A stretch of DNA of 64,000 bases from an uncultured cyanobacterium (lineage in GTDB: Bacteria > Cyanobacteriota > Cyanobacteriia > Pseudanabaenales > Pseudanabaenaceae): contig OY969811.1 in assembly GCA_963703315.1 (NCBI GenBank), positions 448,001-512,000 on the forward strand, read 5' to 3'. The notes beneath the pieces are model-generated. The model worked only from the letters and a program-made list of their open reading frames with translations, searched no databases and was not told the DNA's origin. Of this stretch, positions 45,258 through 56,120 are shown one piece after another. A program made the translations under genes and the position numbers. Within the stretch, counting starts at the first letter, position 1. Every line of letters begins with the position of its first letter.

Positions 45258-46142
45258 TTATTTGAGGGCGATCGCCAATTTACCTTTAGCTTGCCAACTA
45301 GCATAGGCACTATAAACACAGCGATCGCCCACACTGACAAATACATGGGTAACTTGTAAGGGATTTGTCCATGTCCAGAGTTTTGTGCCATCTGCATAAA
45401 CCTTGATCGGCTTAGCATATTTAAAATTTTGGTTATCAATTTCTGTGAGATCAAGCGATCGCAGCTTCGCAATCAATTGTGAAGCTGTATCAGTTTGGAG
45501 CGGTGAGATTATAGGATTTTGCCAAAATTGACGTATGGCATCAGCAACCAGAGGATGATTTTTTAGAGAGTTATGACGTATACCCTCTAGACGCACAAAG
45601 GTTGATTGGGAAAACTGCGAACAACCGATCGGCACTATGCCATCGGTATTATTGCCAATATCACTGACAACACAAAGTGTAGGGATTTGGGAGGCGATCG
45701 CTTCGGCAATAGGGCGACGATTTTTGCCCAGATCACGCGCCATTAAGGGAAACCACTCCAAAGGATCGAATAGTCTACCCAAATCCGAGCCGCCAATGGG
45801 TGAGCCTACTAGAGCAAGGCTATGGACTTTGGTAAACCATTCGGGATGACGATCTAAAATTTCTAGCCAGATCAGCCCACCCATCGAATGCGCGACAATG
45901 CGTAACTGTAAGTCTGGATAGGTAGCGATCGCCTCAATTGCAATTTTTTCGACTTTATTAATTAATGGGGCGATCATTAACCAAGTATTAATCCATCCCA
46001 GATCTGGTGTATAGATCGGTGTGCTGGGGCTAGCCAGCGATCGGGCTAGTTGAGCAATATCATGGCAAGTATCCGCCCAGCCATGTTGGGCAAATAATAT
46101 AAAGTCTAGTGGTGAATTTTGGGACTGTGGAATGCTAGGCAT
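45258..46142 (-). CDS. Alpha/beta hydrolase
   Basis: LFAQHGW, AHSMGG, DGIV, terminal His. Confidence 0.82.
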   Translation of the reverse strand: MPSIPQSQNSPLDFILFAQHGWADTCHDIAQLARSLASPSTPIYTPDLGWINTWLMIAPLINKVEKIAIEAIATYPDLQLRIVAHSMGGLIWLEILDRHPEWFTKVHSLALVGSPIGGSDLGRLFDPLEWFPLMARDLGKNRRPIAEAIASQIPTLCVVSDIGNNTDGIVPIGCSQFSQSTFVRLEGIRHNSLKNHPLVADAIRQFWQNPIISPLQTDTASQLIAKLRSLDLTEIDNQNFKYAKPIKVYADGTKLWTWTNPLQVTHVFVSVGDRCVYSAYASWQAKGKLAIALK

Positions 46143-46151
46143 ATTCCGATT

Positions 46152-46817
46152 TTAACGCCTAATTCTGACACCTCGGTACATCACAACCTCTCCACCCTCA
46201 GATCGGGAGTTGGATTTAGAATTATTTTTTGATTTTGCCTCAGCCTTAAATGGACTAACATCTTGGATAGCGACTAACTCACTTTCCTCAATTTGGATAA
46301 TAGAGTTGGCGGGTGTGGAGCTATCTGTCAATCTTTTGGCGATCGCTTCAATAGGTTGAGCAATCAATGAGCAACCGATTAAAGCTGTCACCCTCGCAAC
46401 TTCTGACATTAAATTTTGAGGTGAGAGGCGGGGCAGTACATCGGCGGCTCCACGTCTCAATGCCCAACTATGTTCAATGTCTTTGATTTTTTCTTGTCTG
46501 GGGTTAAACAAGATCACCTTAGTATCCGCCTTTTGTTTATTAATCCATTGACAAACCGATGATGATTGCAATGTTTCTGAATTGGGACTTTTGATCGCCA
46601 TATCCATAATTAATAGGTCTGGCAACTTTTGGCGATCGCCCTTTTCTAAATACTGTTCTAAAACCTGTACTAAATCTAAGGAAACATTCTCCCAAATTAC
46701 ATCCAATTGCTGAGTCGCCAAAGCTGTCTGCCACAATTCCCCTTGGGCTTGATCAGTATGCATCATTAAAACAGCTTTTTTGTTTTCAGCCATTGCTTTA
46801 TCTAGTTCCCCCATCAA
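46152..46817 (-). CDS. Receiver-like domain protein with C-terminal MYRG motif
   Basis: PDLLIMDM, WALRRGAADVLP, VMYRGV. Confidence 0.65.
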   Translation of the reverse strand: MMGELDKAMAENKKAVLMMHTDQAQGELWQTALATQQLDVIWENVSLDLVQVLEQYLEKGDRQKLPDLLIMDMAIKSPNSETLQSSSVCQWINKQKADTKVILFNPRQEKIKDIEHSWALRRGAADVLPRLSPQNLMSEVARVTALIGCSLIAQPIEAIAKRLTDSSTPANSIIQIEESELVAIQDVSPFKAEAKSKNNSKSNSRSEGGEVVMYRGVRIRR

Positions 46818-47003
46818 GATGAGTTTGGTAACTTAGTTTTTTCTTAATGATAAGTTAACCGATTTTGCAAGTTCATTTTGTACTGTAATTAACCAAAATA
46901 AAAAACCAGATAAATTTTTGAAAGCGCCGCAAAGCGGCGCTTTCAAAAATTTATCTGTAATCCTTCCCCAGAATAAAAGTGGCGGCGCTTCGCGCCGCCA
47001 CTT

Positions 47004-47570
47004 TTATTCTATTTTGATGGTTGCCATGCCCTGTTGCCAGTCTGCGGGACACACCTCATTTTTATGAATTTGTGTATGTTGAATTGCCTTGAGAGTGCGG
47101 ATAGTTTCGTCGATGCTCCGTCCAAAGGCAAGATTATTAATAGTTGCGTGTTGGACAATCCCTGCCTTGTCAATAATAAATAAGCCGCGCAAAGCTACAC
47201 CTGCCAAAGGATCAAGCACATTAAACGCAGTAGCGATCGCCTTAGTCAGATCGGAAACCAATGGACACTTGATATCTCCTCCCAGTCCACCATCAGCAAG
47301 AGACGTTTGAATCCAAGCCAGATGGGCATATTGACTATCGACCGAAATCCCAATTACTTCAGTATTTAATTTGGCAAACTCATCATAGCGATCGCTGAAA
47401 GCAATCACTTCTGTAGGACAGACAAAAGTAAAGTCGAGGGGATAAAAAAACAAGACAACATATTGTTTGCCTTGATAGCTAGAAAGCTTAATTTTTGTAA
47501 ATTCTTGATCAACTACGGCATCAGCTTCAAAGTCTGGTGCAGGATTACCCACCCGCAAGAATTCTGCCAT
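47004..47570 (-). CDS. 2-Cys peroxiredoxin (AhpC/Tsa)
   Basis: [13 protein letters not shown] and EVCPADW. Confidence 0.94.
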   Translation of the reverse strand: MAEFLRVGNPAPDFEADAVVDQEFTKIKLSSYQGKQYVVLFFYPLDFTFVCPTEVIAFSDRYDEFAKLNTEVIGISVDSQYAHLAWIQTSLADGGLGGDIKCPLVSDLTKAIATAFNVLDPLAGVALRGLFIIDKAGIVQHATINNLAFGRSIDETIRTLKAIQHTQIHKNEVCPADWQQGMATIKIE

Positions 47571-47689
47571 AAAACATTTAACCTACTTGAAAGTGATTGG
47601 GAGTGCAAAACATCCTCAATAACTTTATCAACTATTCAAAATATCAAAATATTATTTGTGTTAAGAAAGGGCTTTAGTTGTACCGCCCG

Positions 47690-48529
47690 TTAGAACAGTG
47701 CTGGGTTCTTGTTTTTGACGCGATCATAAAGGATTTCCATTGTCTCAATGAACGAACTATCCTTTTTCCAAAATGGAGGATTGTCACCCTGTTTTTTAAT
47801 AGCGATCGCTGATACACTCGCAGGAGCAGCAAAGGGAATCGATTGTGGTAAGCGCTTATGTCCCTGCCAAAATTGTTTGAGGGTAGGAGTTTCTTTGATA
47901 GTTTCGGTTTGCGGTTTGGTGAAGTAAGAGGTCGCTACTTCTGGCGCTAGAGTGCGATCGCCTAATTCTGATGCTAGGGCTTTACCAAGGGGCGATTTGA
48001 TGAGTTCTGCTTGCAGATCTTCTTTAGATATGCCGCGCATCTCAAACAGCAGAAATGGATCTTGATCGAGTTCCCCAGAGAGTCGGTAACATAGTCCTGC
48101 AATATGTTTGCAAGGATTGGAATAGTCTGGACAAGAACATTCAGTTTGAAAGTCTTTGCTGCTATAGGGTAATAGATGTTTACCAACGGCGGTAAAACTA
48201 TCTTCAATGTTTTCAGGTACTTCGTTAAGTAATAATCTGGCGACTACGCTTGCCTTTGAGGACATATTGGCAATGATTTTTGTCCAGTCTTTAGCAGCGA
48301 TCGCTGTCATTTTTACTTCAGTCCCATAGAGTGGCTCTTTATAGACTCCAAAATAAGGATTGACGTTACCGCGAATAGTAGCCGTTGCAAGTCCTTTGGT
48401 AATAGTAAAATGGAGAATGCGACTGTCTCCAGAATAAGCGCGACCGCGTTGGAGTCTACCTGAATCGGTAAAAGATTCGAGGGCGCTAATGAATTTTTGC
48501 CCCCACCATGTCCGACTATGTTTTGCCAT
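47690..48529 (-). CDS. SWIM zinc-finger protein (SNF2 partner)
   Basis: TWWG, RLQRGRAY, CSCPDYSNPCKH, DPFLLFEMRG. Confidence 0.92.
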   Translation of the reverse strand: MAKHSRTWWGQKFISALESFTDSGRLQRGRAYSGDSRILHFTITKGLATATIRGNVNPYFGVYKEPLYGTEVKMTAIAAKDWTKIIANMSSKASVVARLLLNEVPENIEDSFTAVGKHLLPYSSKDFQTECSCPDYSNPCKHIAGLCYRLSGELDQDPFLLFEMRGISKEDLQAELIKSPLGKALASELGDRTLAPEVATSYFTKPQTETIKETPTLKQFWQGHKRLPQSIPFAAPASVSAIAIKKQGDNPPFWKKDSSFIETMEILYDRVKNKNPALF

Positions 48530-48588
48530 TGTTTTACTCCTAAAGTTTTATTTTGAAGGTTTAGTTTCTATATGCGCTTGACAGCAAA

Positions 48589-49443
48589 CTAAGATAAATC
48601 AATCATTTTGTTTGAATCTTTTTTTGTCTCATCAATATTGCCATTTAAATCAGATTCACCAATATGGTCGCCTTGAGCATTAAAGACCTCAATATGTGAT
48701 GCTTGACCATAATGAAAATTATCTACATACCAGTACCGATTATTTTGAATTTCACGGTAAATACTTCTGCCATCATAAATATTTTGTGTTTTTTGAAACC
48801 TCTGAGTATCTCTCAATATTGTTTGTTGATCTTTAGGTGGATATCTTGACAAAAAATCGTATTCTATTCTGCTTAAGCTTAATTTTATTTCCAGCCAATT
48901 TTGTAGTGCTAAATGACTATCAATTCCATCTAATTTAATAGGTTGTCTTTCGTCATTATTTTTTATAATGGGAATTATGCAGCATTCTTTAATATCTGGA
49001 TGCAATAAGTTAAAAGTTGAACTTTTAAAATTTATGACTAAATAAATTGAGCCTCCATTCCTTAGAGATCTTTCTGACACTTCCGCTAAAGATGTATCAG
49101 TCACATTTTTAGATGTTTCGTTATTTAAGTAATCAAATAAATCATCAGAAGAGTGTAACTGCTCTTTTCTCCACTCTTTAGGATTTTGCTTATTAAATAC
49201 TATTTCTACAAAGGCTTGCTTTAAAGATTTGTCTTTGATTATATTGAGGCTAGCACTAAAATTTGATTCTCTAATAGCATTATAGTTAACAAACAACTTA
49301 CTATCTTCTTTGTAAACTTGTTTATTATTTGTCTTTTTATTTAATAGTTTAAATATTTCAATAAAATCTTTGATTGCACTAACAAATTCTAATTCGTTAG
49401 TATATTGTCCTTCTAATGAAACTTCATTAATAAATATTTCCAT
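48589..49443 (-). CDS. Putative defence effector (Menshen NsnC-like position) with colicin-E3-like C-terminal domain
   Basis: Third gene of the operon; C-terminus YWYVDNFH...HIEVFNAQGDHIGESDLNG. Confidence 0.65.
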   Translation of the reverse strand: MEIFINEVSLEGQYTNELEFVSAIKDFIEIFKLLNKKTNNKQVYKEDSKLFVNYNAIRESNFSASLNIIKDKSLKQAFVEIVFNKQNPKEWRKEQLHSSDDLFDYLNNETSKNVTDTSLAEVSERSLRNGGSIYLVINFKSSTFNLLHPDIKECCIIPIIKNNDERQPIKLDGIDSHLALQNWLEIKLSLSRIEYDFLSRYPPKDQQTILRDTQRFQKTQNIYDGRSIYREIQNNRYWYVDNFHYGQASHIEVFNAQGDHIGESDLNGNIDETKKDSNKMIDLS

Positions 49444-49445
49444 AT

Positions 49446-50780
49446 TTAAATACCAAAAAGCCTTTCAAAATCTTTGGTTGTCTGATCAAAGAAATCATCT
49501 GGCCATTCTTCGATACCACCATCAGGTTGTACGGGTATTTGTACAACTGGATTTTCTAAATCATTTTGAAAATATAAAATACTTAGATCTTCGGAATTAA
49601 TTATTTTGTCAAGTACTGCTATGCGTAACCCATTTAAAATATGATCGCTGTGAGACTCAACTAAAACTTGTACTCCACAACTACTAACTTTAGCAAGAAA
49701 TTTAGTTAACTCAGACTGCGCTCTTGGATGTAGATGTATTTCAGGATTTTCAACGATTAATATTTCACCTTCTTTGGCGATTAGTCCTGAAACGATAATT
49801 GGCAAAACGCTATGGAATCCAAACCCTACATTTGCAGGTTTAAAGCGATCTTTTGAGGCACTTGTATTAAATAGTAGTTCCAAAATACTGCTTTGTGAAC
49901 TGGGTATTTCAAGTTTCGCACCACCAAAGATCTTACTCAACCATGCTTCTGTCTGTGTAATAAGAGTTTTAGCATCTTCGCCCAAGCAGAGTTTATCATC
50001 AACCAAATCGCCTTGTTTTTTATAGAGTAAATTAGCTGTAAATTCACCTCTTGCACCTACATTGGGGAATTTATCTAGAGTTGATTTAGGATAAAAATCC
50101 TTTGGTCCAATGCGATCAGCAGAGATGTAATGAAAATTATCAAAAAATATGTACAAGTATAAATCTCTTATATCAAATGTTCCTAGAGAATATGGGCATT
50201 TTATTGATTGTTCAGTTTTTAGATTAAATAATTTGGTGTAACGAGTAACTTTGTCTGGGTTTTGAGAAACAAAAAGTTTTTCCTTATTATTCAATAATGT
50301 ATATACCTCACTAAAAGAATATAAATTTTTTGAAGTATTGACATTAATATTTTCAATTAATTCAGAATACAAATTAATTTTGCAAATCTGAGCAACCATA
50401 TCATCTTCTGGGTTCTCAATTAAGTGGTACTGTATATCACTTTTTAAAATAACCTCAGTACTATTTTCTTGATTTTTCAAGTTTAAATGACGAACCGAAA
50501 TTTTAGATTTAAAATAGTATCTGATAACAACTGGATTTTTTAATGATATGTCTCGATTACGAATATCATTAAAAGTATTTAAATTCACACAACTACCATT
50601 TAATAGGATTTTATCCGTATTTTCATCATGCTCAATAGATTGTCTCATTAGCAACAAAGATTGAAGTAAAGTTGATTTACCTCTGCCATTAACTCCTGTT
50701 AATAAGGTTAACTTTCCCAAAGGAAAAGATACTCTATTTTTAAAGCATTTAAAATTTTCTATCTCTATTTGAGTTATCAT
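49446..50780 (-). CDS. ABC-type ATPase with DUF3696 (Menshen NsnB-like)
   Basis: IENFKCF, GVNGRGKST, NVGFG, VENPEIHLHP, ESHSDH, WPDDFFDQ. Confidence 0.85.
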   Translation of the reverse strand: MITQIEIENFKCFKNRVSFPLGKLTLLTGVNGRGKSTLLQSLLLMRQSIEHDENTDKILLNGSCVNLNTFNDIRNRDISLKNPVVIRYYFKSKISVRHLNLKNQENSTEVILKSDIQYHLIENPEDDMVAQICKINLYSELIENINVNTSKNLYSFSEVYTLLNNKEKLFVSQNPDKVTRYTKLFNLKTEQSIKCPYSLGTFDIRDLYLYIFFDNFHYISADRIGPKDFYPKSTLDKFPNVGARGEFTANLLYKKQGDLVDDKLCLGEDAKTLITQTEAWLSKIFGGAKLEIPSSQSSILELLFNTSASKDRFKPANVGFGFHSVLPIIVSGLIAKEGEILIVENPEIHLHPRAQSELTKFLAKVSSCGVQVLVESHSDHILNGLRIAVLDKIINSEDLSILYFQNDLENPVVQIPVQPDGGIEEWPDDFFDQTTKDFERLFGI

Positions 50781-51910
50781 TTCACATCTCCTAAAATTTC
50801 TTGAGCTAGTTTAAACCTACTAATAACTTTAGCCTTACTGCTAGTAGCATTTTTTACAGCATCTAAATAATCTACATTTTTGATAAGACTTTCAAAATTA
50901 GCGATGATTTGTATTTTATGCTGGTTTAAGAATAAATCATCTTTAATAGAGAAAAAGTAAGCCACTGATTCAAGAATTGCAATGCTAATTCTACCTCTAG
51001 TTTGATTCGTAGGCAATCGGAAATTTCTCTTGCCAAAGAATCCATAAGTAATATTCATAACTCTTTGAAAATCATCTTTTAAAGAATCAATTTCTGATGA
51101 CTTTATAGTATTTATCTTTTTCATTGTAGTTTCTAGAAAATCACTCATATCACCTTGATAATCTTTTTCATAGTCAAAAATCCTAAAAGCTAAGTATCTT
51201 AAAACTGCTTCTCTATCTTTCATTCTCTTGGGTGAAATACCTTGATTAATCGCAACTTTAAACTCATCTGACTCAGCTAACTCTTTAAGTAACTGTGTGG
51301 ATTTACCTAAAAATATACAATTTCGTACTTCTTGACGTTGTAGATTCGTTCCACCTGTATTAATTCTATTGAAAATATCATAAACTACCTTTACGGAAAC
51401 CGATGGTCTAATCACATAAAGGTTAAGTTTTTTATCCTCAATTTTCGTTTGATAATCTCCAGTCAAATTTTTGAGATCAGAGAAACTATAACCATTTAAT
51501 TTTTTAAGGGCTTCTAATCCTTGAAGCTTAAATCCATTGTTTACAAATTGATGTAAAGTACTAGTGCGTTGTAGTCCATCGACAACTATATATTTCCCCT
51601 CCCTTGTTTGATTAACATAAAAAGGTGGTATCGGAAAATTTAAAATAACTGATTCAATAAACTTACTTTGCTGGGTTCTTTCCCAAACAAGATTACGCTG
51701 GAAATCAGGCTCAATAATTAGCTTGCCATTATCGTATTTTCGCATCAACTCAAAAACAGTTTGAGGGTCTTCACGAATATCAATATCTGCTTCAGTAGGA
51801 TCGTAAGGATATAGCCCTTCTTCACCTTGATCTTCTTCCAAGGTGTCATCATCTGTTTCTATTACCTCATTTATAAAATCACTTTTTTCTATTGTTGTAA
51901 TCATATACAT
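50777..51910 (-). CDS. DUF262 (ParB-like) protein (Menshen NsnA-like)
   Basis: PDFQRNLVW, IESV...PIP, VDGLQR, FNRINTGG. Confidence 0.88.
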   Translation of the reverse strand: MYMITTIEKSDFINEVIETDDDTLEEDQGEEGLYPYDPTEADIDIREDPQTVFELMRKYDNGKLIIEPDFQRNLVWERTQQSKFIESVILNFPIPPFYVNQTREGKYIVVDGLQRTSTLHQFVNNGFKLQGLEALKKLNGYSFSDLKNLTGDYQTKIEDKKLNLYVIRPSVSVKVVYDIFNRINTGGTNLQRQEVRNCIFLGKSTQLLKELAESDEFKVAINQGISPKRMKDREAVLRYLAFRIFDYEKDYQGDMSDFLETTMKKINTIKSSEIDSLKDDFQRVMNITYGFFGKRNFRLPTNQTRGRISIAILESVAYFFSIKDDLFLNQHKIQIIANFESLIKNVDYLDAVKNATSSKAKVISRFKLAQEILGDVK

Positions 51911-51929
51911 CCTAAGATTTTAATCTGTA

Positions 51930-52050
51930 TAAGTAAGTTGTTGGAATTAAACGTAGGATGGGTTAGCGATAGCGTAACCCATCATTGCTGTCTAATTGAT
52001 GCGTTACGTTGCACTAACGCATCCTACATTTAATTATACCTTCCTACTTA
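51930..52050. mobile_element. MITE family A ends enclosing a GTAG-type REP doublet (51953-52027)
   Basis: TAAGTAAGTT...CCTACTTA ends; core GTAGGATGGGTTAGCGATAGCGTAACCCATC...GATGCGTTACGTTGCACTAACGCATCCTAC. Confidence 0.6.
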
Positions 52051-52087
52051 GTTTTCGCATTATAGCTTATTGGTTTGGGCAAGCCTT

Positions 52088-55000
52088 TTAATCCATAATC
52101 GCGCTCTTATTCAAAGCAATAAGTTGCTTGAACTTGTCGTTGTCTAGCTCCGTGAGCCAAGACTCATCAGATCCCACGATCGCACCAGCCAGTTTCTTTT
52201 TGTCCTCAATCATTTGATCGATACGCTCCTCTAGGGAACCAATCGTAATGAATTTATGGACAAAGACATTTTTCTTCTGACCAATCCGAAAGGCGCGATC
52301 GGTGGCTTGGTCTTCAACGGCGGGATTCCACCAGCGATCGAAGTGGAAAACATGATTTGCCTTGGTGAGCGTAATACCGACACCGCCAGCCTTGAGGGAG
52401 AGAATGAATACCGAAGGCTCTGTTTCAGGATCTTGGAACTCGGTAATCATCCGCTCGCGTTTATCACGATTTGTGCCGCCGTGAATGTAGTAGGTGTTGT
52501 AATGCAGCTTTTGACGGATGTACTTTTCCAGAGCATCACCAATCTCCGTAAACTGCGTAAAGATTAACAGGCTTTCTCCTTCCGAAATCACCTCCTCCAT
52601 CATCTCCGATAAACGACTAAGCTTATGCGATCGCTCGGTTGTAAAGTCGCTACCATCTTGCAAAAACTGACGCGGATGATTGCAAATTTGCTTGAGCTTC
52701 AGCAATGTCGAGAGAATTAAACCCTTACGCTGAATACCTTCCACTTCATTGAGTTGTTTTTCCACATCCCTAACCACTACTTCATAGAGGGAGGCTTGTT
52801 CTTTGGTGAGGTTGGTATAAAGCTTTTGTTCGATTTTATCGGGCAGGTCTTTAATGATGGATTGATCGGTTTTGACGCGCCGCAAAATAAATGGCTCGAC
52901 CAGTTTTTTTAATACACCTGCTTGAATCTGATCATTATTCTTTTGAATTGGTGTTTCAAAGGATTTTTTAAACTGGGCTTCTTTACCTAAATAGTTAGGA
53001 TTTAGGAAGTTGAAAATTGACCATAAATCTAACAGTCGATTCTCAACGGGTGTACCTGTGAGGGCAAGGCGATGTTTTGACTCTAATTTGAGAATTGCTT
53101 TAGTTTGGGCTGCCTTCGGGTTTTTGATGTTTTGGGCTTCATCAATCACAATCCGATGCCAATTTACAGAACCAAATAGAGCTTCATCTTTGCGAATGAG
53201 CGTGAAGGAAGTAATAATCAAATCATGGGTTTGATAGATCTCTTGAAATGCAGCAGCATCTTGCAGGCGATCGCTACCATGATGCACGATCGCTCGTAAA
53301 TGGGGCGCGAACTTCTCGATTTCCTTTTGCCAATTGCCGACAACGGAAGTGGGCGCAATCAGTAATGTCGGTGGAATCTCATTTACCGATGCAAAGGCAG
53401 GAAGAACTTTTTTAGATTTTGTTGTTTTGGTTGATTTTTTGGCTTTAGTCGGTTCAGGAGTTTCTGTAATTGCAGCACGTTCATTCACCAATCTCGCAAT
53501 AATTTGCACCGTTTTACCCAAGCCCATATCATCGGCTAGACAACCATTTAAGCCCAAATTTTCCAGATATTGCAACCATGCTACGCCACGTTTTTGATAT
53601 TCGCGCAGAGTTCCCTTTAGTTGAGACGGATTTTCAATGGGTTCAAATTGCTGCTTGTCTTGCAACTTAGTTAACATCTCCGCAAGGACACTATTGCGAT
53701 CAACTTCCCAATCAGGATCAGTGGCAGTTAACTTCATCAGATCAATTAGACTCATTGCCGATGTGCCTTGTCCCTGCTGTTGCCAGAAGGTGAGCATCTC
53801 CTGCATTTTGTCGCGATCAAGTTCAATCCATTCGCCGCGAAACTTGACTAATGGTGTTTTCGCATTAACTAGCTGTTCCCATTCCTTTGCAGAAACAGTT
53901 TCATCACCGATCGCTAATTCGTACTGATATTCCACTAATTGATCAAAACCAAAGTAGCTCTTGGCTTGAGTTTTAGAACTTGCCGCACTTTTGCCCGAAC
54001 CTTTGAGCTTGATTTTTGCCTTGCGTCTACCCGCAGGTGTCCACCAAGCAGGCACAACCACTTTGTAACCCGCATCTTCTAAAACCCACGCCGATTCTTT
54101 CAGGAATTCAAAGGCTTGATCGAGGTTGAGACTTAAACCAATCGGGCGATCGGTTTCTAAGCCTTGCCAAATGGGATTATAGATTCTGGCAGCATAACCA
54201 AGATTTAACAATAGATTCTGCTCAAACTCTTTGCCAAACTGTTTTTCAAAAGCTTTCTTTTTGGCTGCCGTCATTGTCCAATAATCAGCTAGTGGCAATT
54301 TCAGCGATGGATCTTGTTTAGGCGCAACTTGAAATTGCAATTGCCAAGGCTCCTCTTCCTTGAATGGAGCTTGGAGTTGAAAGCAAAGATAAAAAGCAGA
54401 ATCCGATTGGGTACGGATAATTTTTTGTCGCCATGCTTGCCATTGTTGATATTCTTCTAAAGCTGCACTGGTATCAATAATGCTATTGGCAAAACTATCT
54501 TTAGAAAAATTCAGACATTTTTCTAATAAAGAGTCTGATACTTGCTTATCAAATTGGGCTGTGGAGGGTGTATTGGTGAGAATGCTATGCAGAATAGATT
54601 CTGAGAAATGCTGTAACAGTGTGCGGCGATCGCTAAATAATGGGTGTCCCGCAGGTTCGCTAAATCCCGCAACACAGGCGAGGGGCATATATTCCACATA
54701 TTGTCCGAGTTCTTCTTCATATTTCTCAGACACAATTTCCCAAGCTGGATAAATCTCAAATGTGGGTGCTTGACTTGCTACTTTTTTGGATTTCGCTGAA
54801 GCTTTGCTTGACTTCGCAGCTTTAACCTCAAGTTCCCGATACTTGAAGGCAGGAATATATTGATTCTTGAGAATAATTTGTTTGAAGGCTTGGGTGTAGT
54901 GATACCAAAATAGTAAATCAGATCCTAGCTGTACTTCCGCAAGATTATTAATGGCGATGAAATGTAGGTCATTCAGCAATTTGACAACATTAATGGCGCG

Positions 55001-55447
55001 GCAATATTGATAACTACCAGTTTTGACAGGAGTAGTCACCTGATAACAGTCAATTTGCCAATATTGCAAATCAAAGTCTTCAGGGCTTGCAATTTCTAAA
55101 TATCTTGCGGATTCGAGAGATGGTAAGGGCTTGTTTTCACTTGTCGGTAAGAGAAAGTATTTTGGCAAAACCGCCTTGTTAGCACTGTATTTCTGAGGAT
55201 TGTTTTCTTGTAAAAGCTCATCTTTAATCGCTAGCTCGTTAAACAAAAATGACTTTAAATCTGGTTCCGCCAGACTAGCAGGATGTCTTGGCGATACATC
55301 CTCAGATACTTTCGTCGTCTTGGATGATTTGCGTTTGGTTTTGGCGATCGCCTTAGTTTCAGTCGTCTCTACCCAAATATAAAAATTGCCAGTCTGGATG
55401 AAGCCATCATTTTGATTACGAATCCAAGTACCATGCAGAATTTTCAT
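52088..55447 (-). CDS. SNF2-family helicase
   Basis: LADDMGLGKT, IDEAQNIKN, LTGTPVEN, LSLKAGGVG, QATDRAFRIGQ. Confidence 0.95.
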   Translation of the reverse strand: MKILHGTWIRNQNDGFIQTGNFYIWVETTETKAIAKTKRKSSKTTKVSEDVSPRHPASLAEPDLKSFLFNELAIKDELLQENNPQKYSANKAVLPKYFLLPTSENKPLPSLESARYLEIASPEDFDLQYWQIDCYQVTTPVKTGSYQYCRAINVVKLLNDLHFIAINNLAEVQLGSDLLFWYHYTQAFKQIILKNQYIPAFKYRELEVKAAKSSKASAKSKKVASQAPTFEIYPAWEIVSEKYEEELGQYVEYMPLACVAGFSEPAGHPLFSDRRTLLQHFSESILHSILTNTPSTAQFDKQVSDSLLEKCLNFSKDSFANSIIDTSAALEEYQQWQAWRQKIIRTQSDSAFYLCFQLQAPFKEEEPWQLQFQVAPKQDPSLKLPLADYWTMTAAKKKAFEKQFGKEFEQNLLLNLGYAARIYNPIWQGLETDRPIGLSLNLDQAFEFLKESAWVLEDAGYKVVVPAWWTPAGRRKAKIKLKGSGKSAASSKTQAKSYFGFDQLVEYQYELAIGDETVSAKEWEQLVNAKTPLVKFRGEWIELDRDKMQEMLTFWQQQGQGTSAMSLIDLMKLTATDPDWEVDRNSVLAEMLTKLQDKQQFEPIENPSQLKGTLREYQKRGVAWLQYLENLGLNGCLADDMGLGKTVQIIARLVNERAAITETPEPTKAKKSTKTTKSKKVLPAFASVNEIPPTLLIAPTSVVGNWQKEIEKFAPHLRAIVHHGSDRLQDAAAFQEIYQTHDLIITSFTLIRKDEALFGSVNWHRIVIDEAQNIKNPKAAQTKAILKLESKHRLALTGTPVENRLLDLWSIFNFLNPNYLGKEAQFKKSFETPIQKNNDQIQAGVLKKLVEPFILRRVKTDQSIIKDLPDKIEQKLYTNLTKEQASLYEVVVRDVEKQLNEVEGIQRKGLILSTLLKLKQICNHPRQFLQDGSDFTTERSHKLSRLSEMMEEVISEGESLLIFTQFTEIGDALEKYIRQKLHYNTYYIHGGTNRDKRERMITEFQDPETEPSVFILSLKAGGVGITLTKANHVFHFDRWWNPAVEDQATDRAFRIGQKKNVFVHKFITIGSLEERIDQMIEDKKKLAGAIVGSDESWLTELDNDKFKQLIALNKSAIMD

Positions 55448-55612
55448 AGAATTTCTCGGTCGGGCTGAAGTTATGGTTTATGAAAACCTGATAAGGTTCA
55501 TTTAATCAAATATATGTAAAGAAATTAGCACAACACAGGCTCTTAAATATTTCACAAACAGGCTGTAAAGGCTTGTCAGAAACCTGTATGGTTGCCCTAT
55601 GAATTCCTCTTA

Positions 55613-55643
55613 CTTTCTTGGGGCTTTCTTGGGGCTTTCTTGG
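55613..55643. repeat. 11-bp tandem repeat, nearly three copies
   Basis: CTTTCTTGGGG-CTTTCTTGGGG-CTTTCTTGG. Confidence 0.7.
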
Positions 55644-55688
55644 ACTTAATGTTATTCTGATAACCAACCAGCTTTCTAAATAGCAGCT

Positions 55689-56117
55689 ATGTCACCAGTA
55701 AAAGAAGCTCCTTCCGCGATCGCCAGCATTGCCAGTCTAAATGGGGAATCACTACACGGTCATCATGGTCCGACGGTAGAACGTCCTTGGGGTTCATTCA
55801 CCACCCTTGAAGAAGGACGGGGTTACAAAATTAAGCGTATTGAAGTTAAGTCTGGACATCGACTTAGCCTCCAAATGCACCACCACCGCAGCGAACACTG
55901 GATTGTCGTGTCGGGGACAGCCAAAGTGACCTGTGGTGAACAGGAAACGATGATTAGCACCAATCAATCCACCTATGTACCTAAATGTACCGCCCACCGT
56001 CTGGAGAATCCAGGGGTCATTCCATTAATCATCATTGAGGTACAGAATGGTGAATATTTGGGCGAAGATGACATTATTCGCTTCCAAGATGACTATTCGA
56101 GACATGAAAAGAAATAA
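55689..56117 (+). CDS. Mannose-6-phosphate isomerase type II C-terminal cupin
   Basis: RPWG, LSLQMHHHRSEHW, IEVQNGEYLGEDDIIRFQDDY. Confidence 0.92.
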   Translation: MSPVKEAPSAIASIASLNGESLHGHHGPTVERPWGSFTTLEEGRGYKIKRIEVKSGHRLSLQMHHHRSEHWIVVSGTAKVTCGEQETMISTNQSTYVPKCTAHRLENPGVIPLIIIEVQNGEYLGEDDIIRFQDDYSRHEKK

Positions 56118-56120
56118 TTC

